Assembly (NCBI RefSeq): GCF_040938485.1
Contig: NW_027272134.1
Coordinates: 1,178,001 to 1,242,000, forward strand
Source: Diadema antillarum
Taxonomy: Eukaryota
Length of the DNA stretch: 64,000 bases
Direction: 5' to 3'
A program made the translations under genes and the position numbers. This document shows positions 14,801 through 29,231 of this stretch, one piece after another; the first letter of the stretch is position 1, and every line of letters starts with the position of its first letter. Below the pieces are notes generated by a model. That model was not told the origin of the DNA, did not search any database, and was given only the letters and a program-made list of their open reading frames with translations.

Positions 14801-17148
14801 GCTGTGTATGATGAAAGATGTATGCTTTAATAAACAGTGGAGGAACAACATTTTTTTTTTGACATGGCATGTTTAATAGTTCTGCAGTTTACTGCCTGGA
14901 ATTTGAATGAAAAAAAAATTCCTTGTGGAATGTAGTACAGGGAAAGATCTTTTGAGAGGGAAAAAAAATAAAATGCATAATGCCTGTAATATGCAATGTA
15001 TCTATCATGTTAAGACCCAGTCAGTTAACCTGTGATAACATATGACCTTTAAGAATTATCCTGCTACATGAGATGCCAGTAGGAGTTGTGCGTGCCAGCC
15101 CACACTGCAAAGGATGTGCAATGTTTTTGACATGTAATGAATCCTTGATTGACATCCGATAGTGATGAAAGTACTTCTTGGCTCCTGCATCAATGTTTAA
15201 GGATACTCTATGGCCAGTAGAAACAGAGTCCTCTTCTGTGTTAGAGTGTCAGCTATCAGGAAAATGAGCAACTTTCTTCATATATTTCAGCATTTGGCCA
15301 TTAATGTTACTCATAATGAGTTCAAAATTAAGGAGCAATCATTGTGTACCAGTGAGTATGTCATTTATAGGTCCTTTGATATAACAGCATGATATGTGTC
15401 AGCCATTCAGTGGCAGTTAATTCCAAGTGACTCGCATTAGTGCCTGTGGCAGATGTTTCCTCTACTCTATCTGCTGTGTGTTGTAGTAGGCCTACTCTTT
15501 TGTCAACAAATGTAACCTTCAATGATTGTGCATGTGAATAGTGCCTTTGATCATCAGGCATGTAGCAAAATTGATTCTAAACCAAATTCTTTGACTATTC
15601 AAGATGTAAGTGGACAGTTAGTATAGATCTACTCTTTGAAACTTTCAGACTGGCCTTGTTTGCAAACCATTATATGTGGTCATAGGCAGAATTTATCATC
15701 TTCTTATTGTTTGAAGTGATGGCTTGTATGGTTGATATTTCACCTCATTCAATCATGTAGTATTTCATTGAAGTAGGCCCTACTGAATTAGACTTTGATT
15801 AGAACTGAGAGTCACTGGAAAATTCTTATAGCATTCAAAATCAATGGAAGAAATCATCACCATCATCTGTTTTCTTTTCTCTCATGGGTGCTGTAGAAAT
15901 AGTGCGCTAAAATCTTACACAGGCAAATCAATACCATCTTACACTTTTGTAGGACTTACAAAGGCTCTTAACTCTTTATTTGCCATGGTGGAAACCCCCA
16001 GTGTGCCACGTTATTCTGAGACATGAATGTAGTCATGCTTTGAGAAAGAATTCTGCTTTCCTAATCTATATACCTTCTACAAATTTCTGTTAAGCTGGAC
16101 ATATAGTGAGCAAAGTTGAAGAGGAATGCCAAGCTTTGCTTTGATATAAATGGTACGACAGATCTGTTTTTAGTTTTTCTTTTGAATGACCAGTTGCTAC
16201 ATAACTGTAAAGGCATGGCTTTTGCACATAAAACTGTGACAGAAACTCAAAATTTACACGCAAATCTAATTAGTTGGGAACACCGCTTGATAGTCAATCA
16301 CATATAGATTGCAAGCTGTACGTGAGAGGAACAAAAGCGCGAGAAACACTTTCATTGTACTGCTGCATAAGGCAATTTATCGATCGGTTTGGGCGGCTTT
16401 GTGCGTTTGAGCAAAATATGCGAAGTTGGCATGCCGTCGATTGAGTTGGACGTGCGAACGTGGCACATAAAGAGTTAAAGAGCCACTACCTTTTACTACA
16501 TGTAGGCCTATATTTGAAAGAAGAAAAAGATGATTTAAGATTAGAGGGAATTAGAATTGACAGATCTCCTGTACCCCACAAGCGAATATAAGATATATTT
16601 CTACCCTCTCTCTGACCTCAAATATCAAAATGCCTCACTCTATAAGAGTTTACTGTCTTGAAGATTTGTAGCCTTTGCTTGTGTATGTGTGTGAGTGTGT
16701 GTGGTGTGGTTTCATTGTCATACTCCTTTTGCTTTGAATATCAGGTTTGTCACTACTATTAAAATGATAATGTAGAAAAGAAATCCCCCTCTCCAAACAC
16801 ACACAAGTATGAGTTATACCTGAATATGTTTAGCTCATGGCAGCAGAAGAGAAGCAGAAACATGCTTCAGACAGTGTACTGATCAGACATCTGGTTCACA
16901 ACCCACAATCATTAAAATCAACCAGACGCTGAAAATGCTCAGTCAGATGTGCTTTCCTGTGGCAGAGTGTGTCATCGTGTGTTTATGCCACAGTTTATTT
17001 CAGGACTAATAGACTCTAACCCACACAAGGGAGGTTCACACGGCAGTTTTTGAGTGAGACTTGGATCGCTTTCTATGTACATTGATGTTTGGATCGTAAT
17101 CAAAATCTCACTAATGTGGTGTGTGAATGCCTGGCAGTCGAAGTAATT

Positions 17149-19500
17149 AGGTGATCCGAGTATCCTCTCGGATCACCTTCTGTATCTGTACTGATTCTTT
17201 ATTCTTCTTTCTTTATTTCTTTATTTCTCCGCAAAAGTTGTGCAAGAGTTAGCTCAGAAAGTGCATTGCCTATCAATGTCAAACTTATACCATATATGTA
17301 TCATGTCCCAAAGACGACAGATCAAGTGAAATCATAGTAATCAGTCGACCGTGACGTCACTATGACGTCATTATATGAAAACACATTTTCATGCATATCT
17401 CATTAATGGAATGGAATTTTTCAATGAAATTTACGTCACATATACTTCAAGTCAAGCGGGTTCTACTCATGTTCTCAAAATTCATATTTATCTTAAAACG
17501 CGCGCGTACGCGCGCGTTGACATATTTGTATGCTCAAATCGAGCTCAAATTTTTTTTGCATACGTTTCAGATCATTTGGAGCATTTTTTGAAAAATTGAA
17601 AAAATTGGACGGACGCGTACGCGCGCGCACATATTCGCACGCACAGCTTATATGCAATAGAAATTTTCAGTTTTTTCACACGGATCGGATGTCCAAAATG
17701 TCAAGGAATATTTCTACCAAGTTTCAAGTCAATCTGACTCAATATGACGTCATACGGGCACGTCAAACTCAAAATTCCGCGCGTGCGTCAATGGGGATAC
17801 GCAGTGCAACTATGCCAAAAAACCGTCAATTTTAAATCGGATTTAACTCGTCAGGATGAACGGTGACCCCCCTTTTTCTTGGCATATTCTGAAAGCTGAT
17901 GAGTTGTTCATGTTATTTCATGGGCTGGCTATGCTGACAAAATGATTAAAAGATATCAAATTTCTTAATAAAGTAAAAAAAGTAAATTTTCAAAATGACG
18001 TCATCAAATTTCAAGTTTAATCGAGCGTATCTCACTTATCCTTTGCCAATTTTCACCCAAATTTCAATATAATGTAGCTTATTTAATCATCTTTCAGTCA
18101 TATAATTACAAAATTTTGATTGGATGACGGCATCACTTCGTAAAAATGGATTGAAAGTAACCTTGTCAAATTTGACCAGTTTACGTGTAATCTCTATGGG
18201 AGTGCAATTTTTATGGAAATGAAAATTGACATGACTATCTTCATCGAGCACTAGCTCACTTATGCTTCGGTGAATTTCTCCAAGATTTTAATATGTTGTA
18301 GCTGGGACTTTGGGCTATCGTAAGTGTGCCCTTCGTTTTTTCATACGATGTCGGGATCACGTCAAAAAACTTGCTTGAAATTAAAGCTTATCTTCGATAT
18401 ATTGAAATATTTCTTTCTTTCTGCAACTTTCTGTGCAATAACTCAAGAAAAACACGCCCTATCACTTCCATATTTTGCACATGTTTAGTTCATGTCACGT
18501 GAATTATTTCATAAAATAACAACTACTTGATCGGACACCATCTTGGGTATGTAAATTAGGGTCAAAGGTCATAAGTGTTTCACCCTGTATCTTAGTGAAT
18601 ACATGTCCTATCTTTCCCATATTTTGCACACGTAAGGACTATGTTACAAGGATCATTACACAAAATAACTACTTTTTACTCAGATGCCATCTTGGGTGTG
18701 CAAATTGAGGTCAAAGGTCATATGTACTTCTTTTTGTATCTTCGTTATGACGTGTTATCTCTATGGGAGGGTTTTTTTTATGTGAAAATTGACATGATTG
18801 TCTTTATCGAGCACTAGCTCACTTACCTTTCAGTGAATTTCTCCCAGATTTTAATATGTTGTAGCTGAGACTTTGCGCTATCGTTTTCATACCTTCGTTT
18901 TTTCATACAATGTCGGGATTACGATAAAAATCTTGGTTGAAATTAAAGCTTATCTTCTATGTATTGAGATATTTCTTTCTTTCTGCAACTTTCTTTGCAA
19001 TAACTCAAGAAAAACACGCCCTATCACCCCCATATTTTGCACATGTTTAGTTCATGTCTCGTACATTATTTCATAAAATAACAACTACTAGATCGGACAA
19101 CATCTTGGGTGTGTAAATTAGGGTCAAAGGTCATAAATGTTTCATCCTGTATCTTAGTGAATACCTGTCCTATCTTTCCCATATTTTTCACACGTATAGA
19201 CGATGTCGCGAGAATCATTTCACAAAATAACCACTATTTCATCAGATGCAATCTTGGGAGTGCAAAGGTGGGTCAAAGGTCATATGTACTTGTTGCTGTT
19301 TTTTCGTTATAGTGTATACAGAATTTTGTACCTAACATGGCAGATATGACTCCCTTTGCTAAATGAGAATGCAAACATCACACGGCCAATGTCTCTAAAC
19401 ACAGATGAAACTTGTATGGTCATGCCTATTGCGATCAGGACTCGAATCATTGATAAAAAAAAAAATCGGATCACCTTAATTTGTCAGTGATGACAAATTA
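17149..19500 (+). mobile_element. Helentron-type non-autonomous element (HINE/DINE-1-like), about 2.35 kb
   Basis: 5' sub-TIR AGGTGATCCGAG (17149-17160) is paired with an adjacent inverted copy (17167-17178), followed by a CT-rich tract. The 3' sub-TIR TCGGATCACCT (19466-19476) is followed by the stem-loop TAATTTGTCA-GTGA-TGACAAATTA (19477-19500). Internal tandem duplication; no ORF. Confidence 0.7.
18190..19310. repeat. Two diverged tandem copies of an approximately 565-bp unit inside the HINE-like element
   Basis: Anchor ATCTCTATGGGA at 18190 and 18757; repeated CATCTTGGG...GGTCAAAGGTCAT subunits within each copy. Confidence 0.8.
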
Positions 19501-22500
19501 CAATCTCTAGTTGTTATTTGCATTGCAGTTCTGATTGTAATCCAAATCTTAGTCAGGCATGAGATTTCTCTGTGGATCCATGGATATTGGCGGATGAGAA
19601 GCCATTGAACTGCACGTAAACAGGTCAGCAGTGAGCACATACAATAAGTACATGCAGATGAATGCATACAACATACACAATCATGCTACATGCTGGGTAG
19701 GTCTACTGTAGAAGCCTGAGTGGGTTAGTGAAATTTCCGGTCATCTTGTGAATACCTGCCCCCCCCCCCCCCCAAAAAAAAAAAGAATGATGTTTCGATC
19801 ATGATAATTCAGTAAAATTTTCATGGACGTCATTTGAATGATGATCTGAAAAGTGTGATTTGGGACACGATTTGGACTGTGAGGATCCAAACTCACTCCT
19901 ACTGTCTGAACACACTTTGTATGTGGGCTCCTTCTCTTTGCCATTGTGGCCATGCCTCCCCCCCCCCCCCCAAAAAAAAAAGAAAGAAAAAAGAAAAAAA
20001 AAGAAAAAGAAATAATAATCTCTTCCTTACTACGGTGTTGCAACTTTCCCCACTCCCTCTGAGATTCTTGAATTCCCAAGAACTCTTTGTACGTGGCCCA
20101 CTTGGTTCCTGGAGGAAATGGGTTGAAAGCCACATACAAACAAGGGCTCTATTTATCAACTTTCCCATGTTTGAAACGCGCTTCAATACCCACTATCAAA
20201 ATGCATAATTTGCAAACACCTTTCGGATTGCATTTCTCAAGTTGTTGCATTAATCAATTCTATCATGAGTTAATGGGGAGGCTTCATCACTGTGCAGCTC
20301 TATCGTGCTGTTTGACGCGAGGAGCTGAGATGTGTATTTGGCAGTGGTTGGCTTGGGCAGGTCCAAGTGAGAAACATGTTTCAAAATGACTTTACATTTG
20401 GTTTCTTGGTTTCATGAATCTTCACTTCTCTCTCCTATCTCCATGATTTTCCAACATTCAACTCCTCCCTCTTCCTCTTCCCTTCTATTTCATCTTTCTC
20501 CTTCCAACGATGTCTGAACATCTTACTTGATTCTCACTCTATTCTTTCTTACCACTCTCTCTCTGTTCCTTTCTCTACCGTCTCCACTAGTGCAACTTCA
20601 ACTTCTAGCCCATTACTGTCTCCCACTCTTCACTTTTTGCCCTCCTTACAACCCCCATATGTCGCTTCCCTCTTCATTTCTCCTCTTTCTAGGCTCTTCT
20701 TCTGCCAAACAACGATCCGGTTAAGGACTACATACACATGGTGTCACCGCAAATCTTTCTCCCTCATTTACTTCACCATGCAAACCTTCAAACAACACAT
20801 GACTGTACATTTATCTACTCTACAGGAATGAGTTTATTGCTCAAACACGTTTGCGATCACACGTTTCAGTGTTTCAGAAACATGTTTCTAACCCCGTAAT
20901 CGAACCAGCTTCGTATTTATCGGCTGCCCAAATCTCACTGAAAGTTGTGTGGAAACCTTAATTCTGTGCCAGAAGTGAGTTGGTATGAAAGTGCACCCCC
21001 AAGTTAAGCCACTGTTCCCCCCTCCAGTAGACAGCAGTTATTTTATAGCAAAACAAAACTACAATTATGGGGGGGGGGGGGGGGCACTCTGTTCTATATG
21101 TCTTTTGCAAACAAAAAGGAGCAAAAATCAATATTTACTGCCAGTAGAGTGCATGTAATTAAAGTCCTTCTGGTACTAACCTGACAGTTGCACACCTGAG
21201 CACTGATTATGAAATCTCTGGATGTGTTATCCCAGGTGCAACATCAAAATATGATAGGAAGTTATTTACTGATGGATCATGTGATGTTCCCATTATAAAT
21301 TACTTCCTTGTTATTGTTTCATGTCAGTCCTACATTGTTTGCAGATGTCAGTGAAGAATAAGGTCTTCTTTTAAACTATTAAAACAATGTCTGTTTTCAG
21401 AACTTCATGCTTTTGTCTTGTAACATCTTTTCTATCTTGATCCATGGGATCTCTGATTAATAGTCAAATCTGACTACAAAAGTCAAAACGGCAGATAATT
21501 TTATCATTAATTTCCTTACTTCATGCCCCATGCTGTTCCTGATTATGGCATCAATTTTAGGCCTAATTCCAACAGGCACAGGGTAGGAACATGGGAAATT
21601 CTCCCAAGGTCGAATCAATGAAGTAATTATGGAGAGATACACGGTTGGCAATAGAAGCGCTGTGCAAATTGGACACTGTCCACTTCCAAAATCTTGAGGG
21701 GAGGCTGAACTCAATCTACCCAGAGAACACTTTTTTCCCCCTAATATATCAAACAGATCATGTCTGAGAAAGTTAGCGTGAAGATTTTTTTTGTGTGTTC
21801 CATCACATTACCTGACTTAGCTGTATAATGTATAAGAGAGAACTCATGCTACTGAGAATACTGTTTTCTTTATTATTATGGATGTTTGAAAAAGTCCACA
21901 TGCAGATTTGGCTTTTTATCACATCATTTGCTATCAATTGAGATGTGACGTAAGAGAGGAAAATGTTTCAATGTGTTAACCTCACTCCCTGTGAGTTTGT
22001 CCTGCAGTAGAAAGACTGAGAGGCAATTATTTCTCCTCACCTGAGAAAGCATTGCTCGGGGCCCCAACAGACAATGGTCCATCATGATAGATAGTTGGGA
22101 GATGAGTTCTGAAGTAGAGGTTGCTATCTTTGAAGGCTGGAGCAGCAGGTGCTGCAAAACTGGAATTTCATCGCATGCAGGCCTAGAAATGTCAGGCAAC
22201 TAATAATGAGAGTTCTTTCTACAACTTCTGCCCTTGCCGAGGAAGTTGGATCCTAATTGGCTGAATGATAATGTTAATTACAGTTCCGGTTTCAGCAGAG
22301 GGAGCTCAAAATGAAAGTGAACATTGAAACCAGGAGAACGTGTTCGTGTGGTGTGGGTCACAAAAGAATATCAGAAACTAGTGACCATATGAAGCAACTA
22401 TCATAAAAGAAAAACCATATCCCACCAACAACTGTTTTAATCCTCCATATACAACTGGTTTTGCTTCTGCATGCATTTTTATGTTTGTGCCTGTTTTTAC

Positions 22501-23782
22501 ACATTTTGCTATACATAGTGTGTTTTGTATTATCTATAAGTGCAAGTGAACTTTCTAACTTCATTAGATTTGTATTTTTTCTTTCCCCATTGCACCATCT
22601 TGCTGTAAAGGCTGCCTATCTGAAGTCAATAGTCTGCAAAATTGCAACTACTACACAGACCTGATTCCCAAATAATTTCTTCAAGGCTAGTACGCTGGTT
22701 TTGATGTCCTTATCTACAAATCACATTATTCTAATAGCTCTACTTTTAAAAGTGGTGCAAAGACTGAGTTTCCCATGCCTGTATGTCCTTTATTACATCC
22801 AGCATCAGAAAAATTTAGTGTTGAACCCAACAAAGTACACCTGACAAGGAATTAAGTGGATTGCCCCTCACTATAATGTAATAATATGTTCCTTTCTTTC
22901 CAATTACTTCTTGACGAGCCCATTGATTGTCATTTACAAAAATAAGTGCATATATTGGTCAGGTTGACATTTTACATTGTATGTGCCAGTTTGTTTGAGT
23001 AAACTTTTCAGTAGATCAGGTACAAAAACTTGTACTGATCTAATAAGTGGCTACATTGCCGATGCCTTACAATTTATTAGTGTCAACTTCCGCTTGTTTG
23101 GCCTACTTGAAGGGGAAGTTTCCAAAATGTACAATGTGGATGGAGTGAATGCTGTAACATCAGTAGAACACACCATTGAAGTTTGAGAGAAATTAGACAA
23201 TCCGTTCAAAACATATGGAGTTTTAGAATTTCGGCCGCCATTGCTGGATGAGAAGACTATATCACTTCATCACTTCATTGCAGAACAACGATGTAAAAAA
23301 AATATGAAGATAATTCCACGAAGTTTCACTTGTATGAAAAGTACATGTACATGTTCCTTTGACTTGTCACTGACGTATGTTAAGGATTGTAGCATTCCCC
23401 AGCTGCAAGAAGTACTGTAAGTCAATTGCTCTTGCATTGTCATCTTAAAAATTTTAGTTTAAAAACTTCTCATATCTTTTCTTTATGTAGTTGTTCTGCC
23501 ATGTCATCACAAACTGCAGTTGTCTTTTCATCCAGTTATGGCCGCATTTCGACTTTATTCATAACATTTGAATGGATTGTCTAAATTCCTAAAACTTTGT
23601 GTTCCACTAATCAGTGTGAAACGCTGTCACTGATTTCCCTATGAACAATATAAATTCTGGAAAAAATTTGTTTGACATGCATGTGTGCTATATGTTTCAG
23701 GATGTCGTCTATTGTTTAAGGGGTAGATTGATCAACTTGTTGCCAAGATTACCTGTACTTTTGATGTATTAGTATTGGTTAA

Positions 23783-24162
23783 GGAGGGGATTCAGCTTTA
23801 AACTTTTTGCCAGATATTTAGAAACCACTTTATAAAATGTTACAGAGCATACAATTCTAAGAGGAATTCAAGTTTATTCGATAAAACTTGGTTTTTAAAT
23901 GGCTGAGATATCAAAAAACAATGTAAAACAAAGCAATCCTAATAAAAAGTGGGTCCCACCTTGTATTAGGATCGCTTTGTTTTGGATGTCTTGGCCATTT
24001 CAAAGCCTTTTTTCACTATTAGAATAAACTTTGAATTTCTCTCACAATTATAAGCTCTTTTATGGTTGATAAGATGTTTCTCAGTATCTCCAAAAAAAAA
24101 AAAATCATCAAAAAAATGTCAGAAACCAGAAGCCCTATCTCAACTGAAACTGCATTTTCCCT
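23783..24162. mobile_element. Degenerate TTAA-flanked MITE; related fragment at about 39990-40200
   Basis: TTAA at both ends with weak TIR similarity; shares AATTCTAAGAGGAATTCAA and downstream sequence with the 40001 region. Confidence 0.4.
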
Positions 24163-24328
24163 TTAAGATGGTTTAAATGTATGCATGTTTATGTTACTCT
24201 AATATTTCTAGATTACTAGTGTAGTACCATGTATACTCCATGTGACTGCGTTGGAGGGTTGATGATGACCTAGCTGCTCTCGACTGGTAATGTGTTGCTA
24301 CCAGCATCTGCAACTTTCGGTTGGCCTG

Positions 24329-24445
24329 GGCCCCGTTTTATCAAAAGATATAATCAATTATAAATTTCCTTGCCATACGGGCTGCCATAGACTTATGATA
24401 GAAATCAACTTTATAATCAATTATAACTCTTCATAAAACAGGGCC
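24329..24445. mobile_element. Short MITE (Harbinger-like GGCC termini)
   Basis: GGCCCCGTTTTATCAAAAGATATAAT versus the reverse complement of ATTATAACTCTTCATAAAACAGGGCC: long imperfect TIR. Confidence 0.6.
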
Positions 24446-25631
24446 TTTTCGCACCACTACTTGCACCATTAGCAGGCATGCTTGATTTTACTTGCAAGAT
24501 GCACTGATGCATTCCCAAGTTTAATATAGTGTGCAATTTGGTCTGTGCACTCACACTTGAATGATGAGATTGCTCTTGGAAAAGACATGCTCACATTCTA
24601 TCAGTCATGTACTTTGTATTTTTTTATTCATTTGCCGACTTCTGAGTGGCGGACTATTTTCGAATGGACCCACTTGTTGTTCTTGTGAAGCTACGCTGAA
24701 GTGACTCAATTTTCTATTTATGCATTTGTCAGGAATGCCAGGCATTTGTTATATAACTACATGTGACAGCTTTACAAGACAGATGTCACTGACTAAATGG
24801 TTTATATAACACTCTTCTGCAGCTGTAAATATAATGAGTTAATGCAGGAGGATACAAACATGCAACCTGCTATGTTTTTAAGGACAAATGTTTTACCGTA
24901 CAGGTGTTATTAGCTGCAAATGTATTGTAGCTGAGATGTATTGGGATTTAATGTTGTAGTTTCATGAAGGTGCCAGACTTGGACCCCATTTACAGTGCAG
25001 GGCTTGGCTGAGCCCGAGCTGAGCCCAGGCTGAGCATGGCCTCAATTGCCACTCACTGTGAACGGGGTCTGAGACTGATTTAGCACTCATGTTTTTTTAC
25101 TGGTTCCTTTTATCAGTAACATCAAGAAATCTCCATTAATACTCCATTCTCCATTAGTCTATTCAGAATTGGGTTATCACAGTGCACGAATTGTGAAGCT
25201 GGGGTGTGTTTGTAGGCATGATTATCATATTTAATTACAACACAAGGTGCATCAAAATCAAGGTTTCCAGATCCCAAAATTGCAGTGTGCTCATTCATAT
25301 GGGATTGGTAAAATGAATCTAGTGATTTTTTAAAGGAATGTTGATTTTTATTGAGGTTGATATGCTGATGTATCAAACATCCTTTGCTGTGATCAATGTA
25401 TCAAAGCTTGTAATGAAAGATGTGTGCCATTAAATACATAATTTATCTATAGAGGGAGAGAGTTCTAGTTCCCAGTCATGTTTTGTATTGTGTCATACAT
25501 CATCACAACAGCATCAACAGATCATATCTCAGCAAGAATATGTCCTTCATTTCAAATCGATCATATGAAATATCTATATCTATGCTTCTGGAGAACGATT
25601 CCTGTTTTTTCTTTTCTGTCTCTGTATCTTG

Positions 25632-25635
<4 letters not shown>

Positions 25636-25671
<36 letters not shown>
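25636..25671. repeat. (CT)n microsatellite
   Basis: Perfect CT run. Confidence 0.95.
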
Positions 25672-25673
<2 letters not shown>

Positions 25674-27036
25674 CTGACACACCATACATTATCTTTATCT
25701 TTCTATAGGGAATTCAAAACCTCATGGTTTTTCTTTTTTCTTTGTCTATTGATATCACATCACTTTTCCTTGCTAGATGCTGTTTCATCATCAGTCAACC
25801 TTTGCATTACAGCTATACCTAAGCTCTCCTCCTTTCATATTTCTTCTAAAGGAGAATTCAAGCCCGGTTTCAGATCGACTGTTAGCAGAAATCAATTTTG
25901 TGTCATTAGGTCTAATTCATCCCTAGAAATATCCATAGGTTTCGTGCATTGCTCTTCTTTCACAAAAGAAAAAGATAAATGAATAGAAAAATAGACTAAA
26001 AGAAGTGAAGTGGGAGACAGAATGAGAGGTAACAGTACACAAACATTCTCTCCTTTTCATTTCCTTGGACCATTTCCAGGTCAGGTCTACTCAATGCCAA
26101 AATTACTTTCTATCCAATCTGACACAGTCACCTACTCACATCAATGTGGTGTATGTCAGATTTGATTGACCCAGTTCATATCAATGGCAGTCTTTGTGCA
26201 CCCACCCACCACTCTGACCATGCCACTGTGCCCTCATTCTGTGGATGTGTCGTATACCAATTTCCAATTAACCCTCTGCATTGTGTGTTCGTGTGTGTGT
26301 TTGTGTGAGAGGATAGGTCTGGAAAAAGATCACATTTACAGTTTTTATTTCCTTTATAAATCTGTAAACTTGAGTGGGTGTTAACATCCCACTTTACCTG
26401 ACCCCTTTTCCCCCTAAATTCATTTATTCATGGTGTCAAACACCACCCTGAAATGTTAGTAGCCCTGATAGCAAAGATATGCCATCAAATCTTTTCGGAC
26501 TGTATCTGATTACTCCAGTGTATGATATTGTAGCTCACACGAAAGGTAGATGACTCTTTACGCCCAGTCAAAATAATCCAGGACAAGTCTGCATTGCACA
26601 ACCAACAGATGTTTGAGGAAATGGGTCGCAGAGGGGGGTCACATGTATTACGTCTGACATGAAACTGTGAAGGTGCTTGGTACATCATGTACAGTAGGTT
26701 CAAGTGTGTTTCCATGTTCATATTCTAAGTACAAAGTGCGCATGTATGTGTATGGTGATATTTATTCTCACAAAAGTCACAAAAAGGGTTTCTTTTTTGT
26801 TGTTGTTGAATGCAATATATGAATATGGACATGTAAAAAACAGATGGCTTTTATTGCCAATGATATGATGTGAAATGATTGCTAGACCTATGTTGAGTAG
26901 GTATATTGTATAAGGTTGAGGTTTGCATTCTGATTAAGTCATGAAAGTCAAATTCCTTTCAGTTACAGTGAAACCCAAAAGAAAGAATGACAAAAAACTT
27001 AACTGATATATCCATACTATTGCACAATTTCTTTAA

Positions 27037-27121
27037 CCTGTTGAGGACGGACTGATTTTGCTACAACACACATTTTCCATAGACACCTACCAGAGTACAC
27101 TCGGGACTCATCCTCAATGGG
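27037..27121. mobile_element. 85-bp piggyBac-like MITE (same family as 59202-59286, opposite orientation)
   Basis: TTAA-CCTGTTGAGGACG...CATCCTCAATGGG; internal sequence is the reverse complement of the 59202 copy. Confidence 0.7.
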
Positions 27122-29148
27122 TAAACCAAGCTGTAAAAAAAAAATGAAGAGATAATATATGGTAGAATGGCCTGAGGATGATATAATTAGGAAAACATGA
27201 TGTCCACTTGTACAAGTACACTTCTAGCTGTCTCTAGTATTGAACAACTAACAGATTTTATAAAAGCATTTAATATCTTTTGAGGTAGTTGGAAACAATT
27301 TCATATTGTTTCCACTGCCATACTTTTAACTGCACCCTAATTAAAAATGTGGACACATGTGATCAAGCAATTCTGTTCCATTCAGGTGTGCATAATCATG
27401 CTATTTTCCAACCCACAGCTATGATGCAAAACATATATTAGCATTACTGCCAAGGTAAAGTGACATGCACGTTTCTGAATAGTGGACTGATATCGGGAGA
27501 ATCTGTGATATCCTTGTGGTATATCATATCACGCTTGTTTACGATATTTGGAAATGAAAATGATTTGCATTAATTTTTGTTCTATGAAGTATAGGCCTAA
27601 ATCCCAACATACATTTAGGTCCACATTGTATCTAATGTACATTGCATATCTGGTGGTATGGTAGAGCACTATGCCAAAGGTATTATCTGGAAAAACAAAA
27701 CAAAACAAAAACATTGAGTTAGTCATGCTTATATTACTGTGTGTTTAATCTACTGCATATTATTGCACCAAGATATCAGAATCATATCATGACTTATCAA
27801 TGTTGAAACAGCTGCATAATCATTAAATTTAGACAAATGAAATGCAGATAAGTAGGCAACATGAACACATGAACATGAACATACATGAAAAAAAAAAGAC
27901 TGCTGTGCATTTCATTTATAGAATGAGTTTGTTGTGATAGCATGACACAACATTGTGGCACAGCATCTCAAACTACTCCTCTGACTATAATGGGGTCAAG
28001 AGTACTTCAGTTTACATCCTGATATAAATAGTGAAACGAAAATATTGTTTTCCATGAAGCGTGCCTGCAGTGATATGGATGATAAATGAAAACACAAAAG
28101 CAAGATGATATGTGAAGTGCTTTTATTTTTAAGTCTATCCTCATCTGCAGGTACTGACTCTCATTTCCCATAGAGTGAAATCAATGTTTAACCCGTCCAA
28201 AACATTTGCTTACTTCACAAGCAAACATGGCTCTTTATGGCATCAGATCTTATCCAGGATTTACTGGAAATACAGCACCAAATGTCTTAATGATGAATGA
28301 ATATTGATTTGCTGTCCTGTAGCCAGGCATTTTAACAAAAAAAAAAAAAAAAATTGCTCTAGATCTTTAAGAAATTCCTCTCAGGAATATGAATGAATTC
28401 TTACAAGCTGTCATTTTGTTTGATAGAGTTTTGGTCATTTTACTATTATATGAGCATTTGAAATTGAAGATTTCATTCATTTTGAAGGACCTGCTGATAT
28501 GTTGGCAGTGAAAGTGCCTTTAGCGATTATTTCAGCTTTTCTCTTTTCAATGACTTGTTGCAGTATTGTGTGGCATGTCTGCAAAATAGGTCACTCTCGA
28601 AGGAAAGAAACCCCCTTTTAGGCGACTGGAAAAGGTCAGAGTTTGTTCCAGCAGGTCTTTTCCACATACACCGTCTAACTGGAGATATTTTGGGCATGGT
28701 CTTTAATGGGCTGAGTTCAAAGTTTTTAACGAGTAATTCACAAAATAATCCCACTGGGCAGCTGTTTGTCTGGCCCAGGAAGGGTTAACCACACTCACAG
28801 GCAGGGGGAAATGTGAGAATATGCCCGAAGACAATAATTGCAAGTGAAATCACACCGGGTGTTTTTCAAGCAGGTCCTCTTGCTCTATTGCATTATGAGT
28901 CAGGCTTCCTCCTGACTGGGGGGAAGAAAGGCAAATAAGTCAAGTCACAGGAATGATATTGGCAATTTCATTTTTTTGAAGGGATCTTCACAGTCACTGT
29001 ATGAAACACAGCAAATGTATTAAAAGATGTCTGACATTTTAATAGGGGGGTGGGTGGGGAGGTGTTGGAACATTGTCAGTAGACATCTACTTGAATGTCG
29101 CAATCCATTGGGAAAGACTTTGTAACAACCATTTTTTGCTGATATTAA

Positions 29149-29231
29149 CCCACTGAAGACTAGTCCTGTGTACACTTGGGCAGGAGTCCTTGGGATATGT
29201 GCTATAGCAAAATCAGCCCATTCTCAACGGC
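29149..29231. mobile_element. Degenerate copy of the 85-bp piggyBac-like MITE
   Basis: TTAA-CCCACTGAAGACTAGTCC...TTCTCAACGG, colinear with the 59202 copy. Confidence 0.55.

Noticed and set aside
15968-16477. Possible TTAA-flanked MITE (ttaactcttt... / ...taagagttaa)
   Set aside because: TIR match is short and imperfect; the two ends may be unrelated fragments.
19741-20389. Overlapping 95-132 aa ORFs on both strands
   Set aside because: They run through poly-C, poly-A and poly-T tracts, are low complexity and have no recognisable domain.
28527-28788. Short antiparallel ORFs in a mildly GC-rich patch
   Set aside because: No motifs and no convincing splice boundaries.
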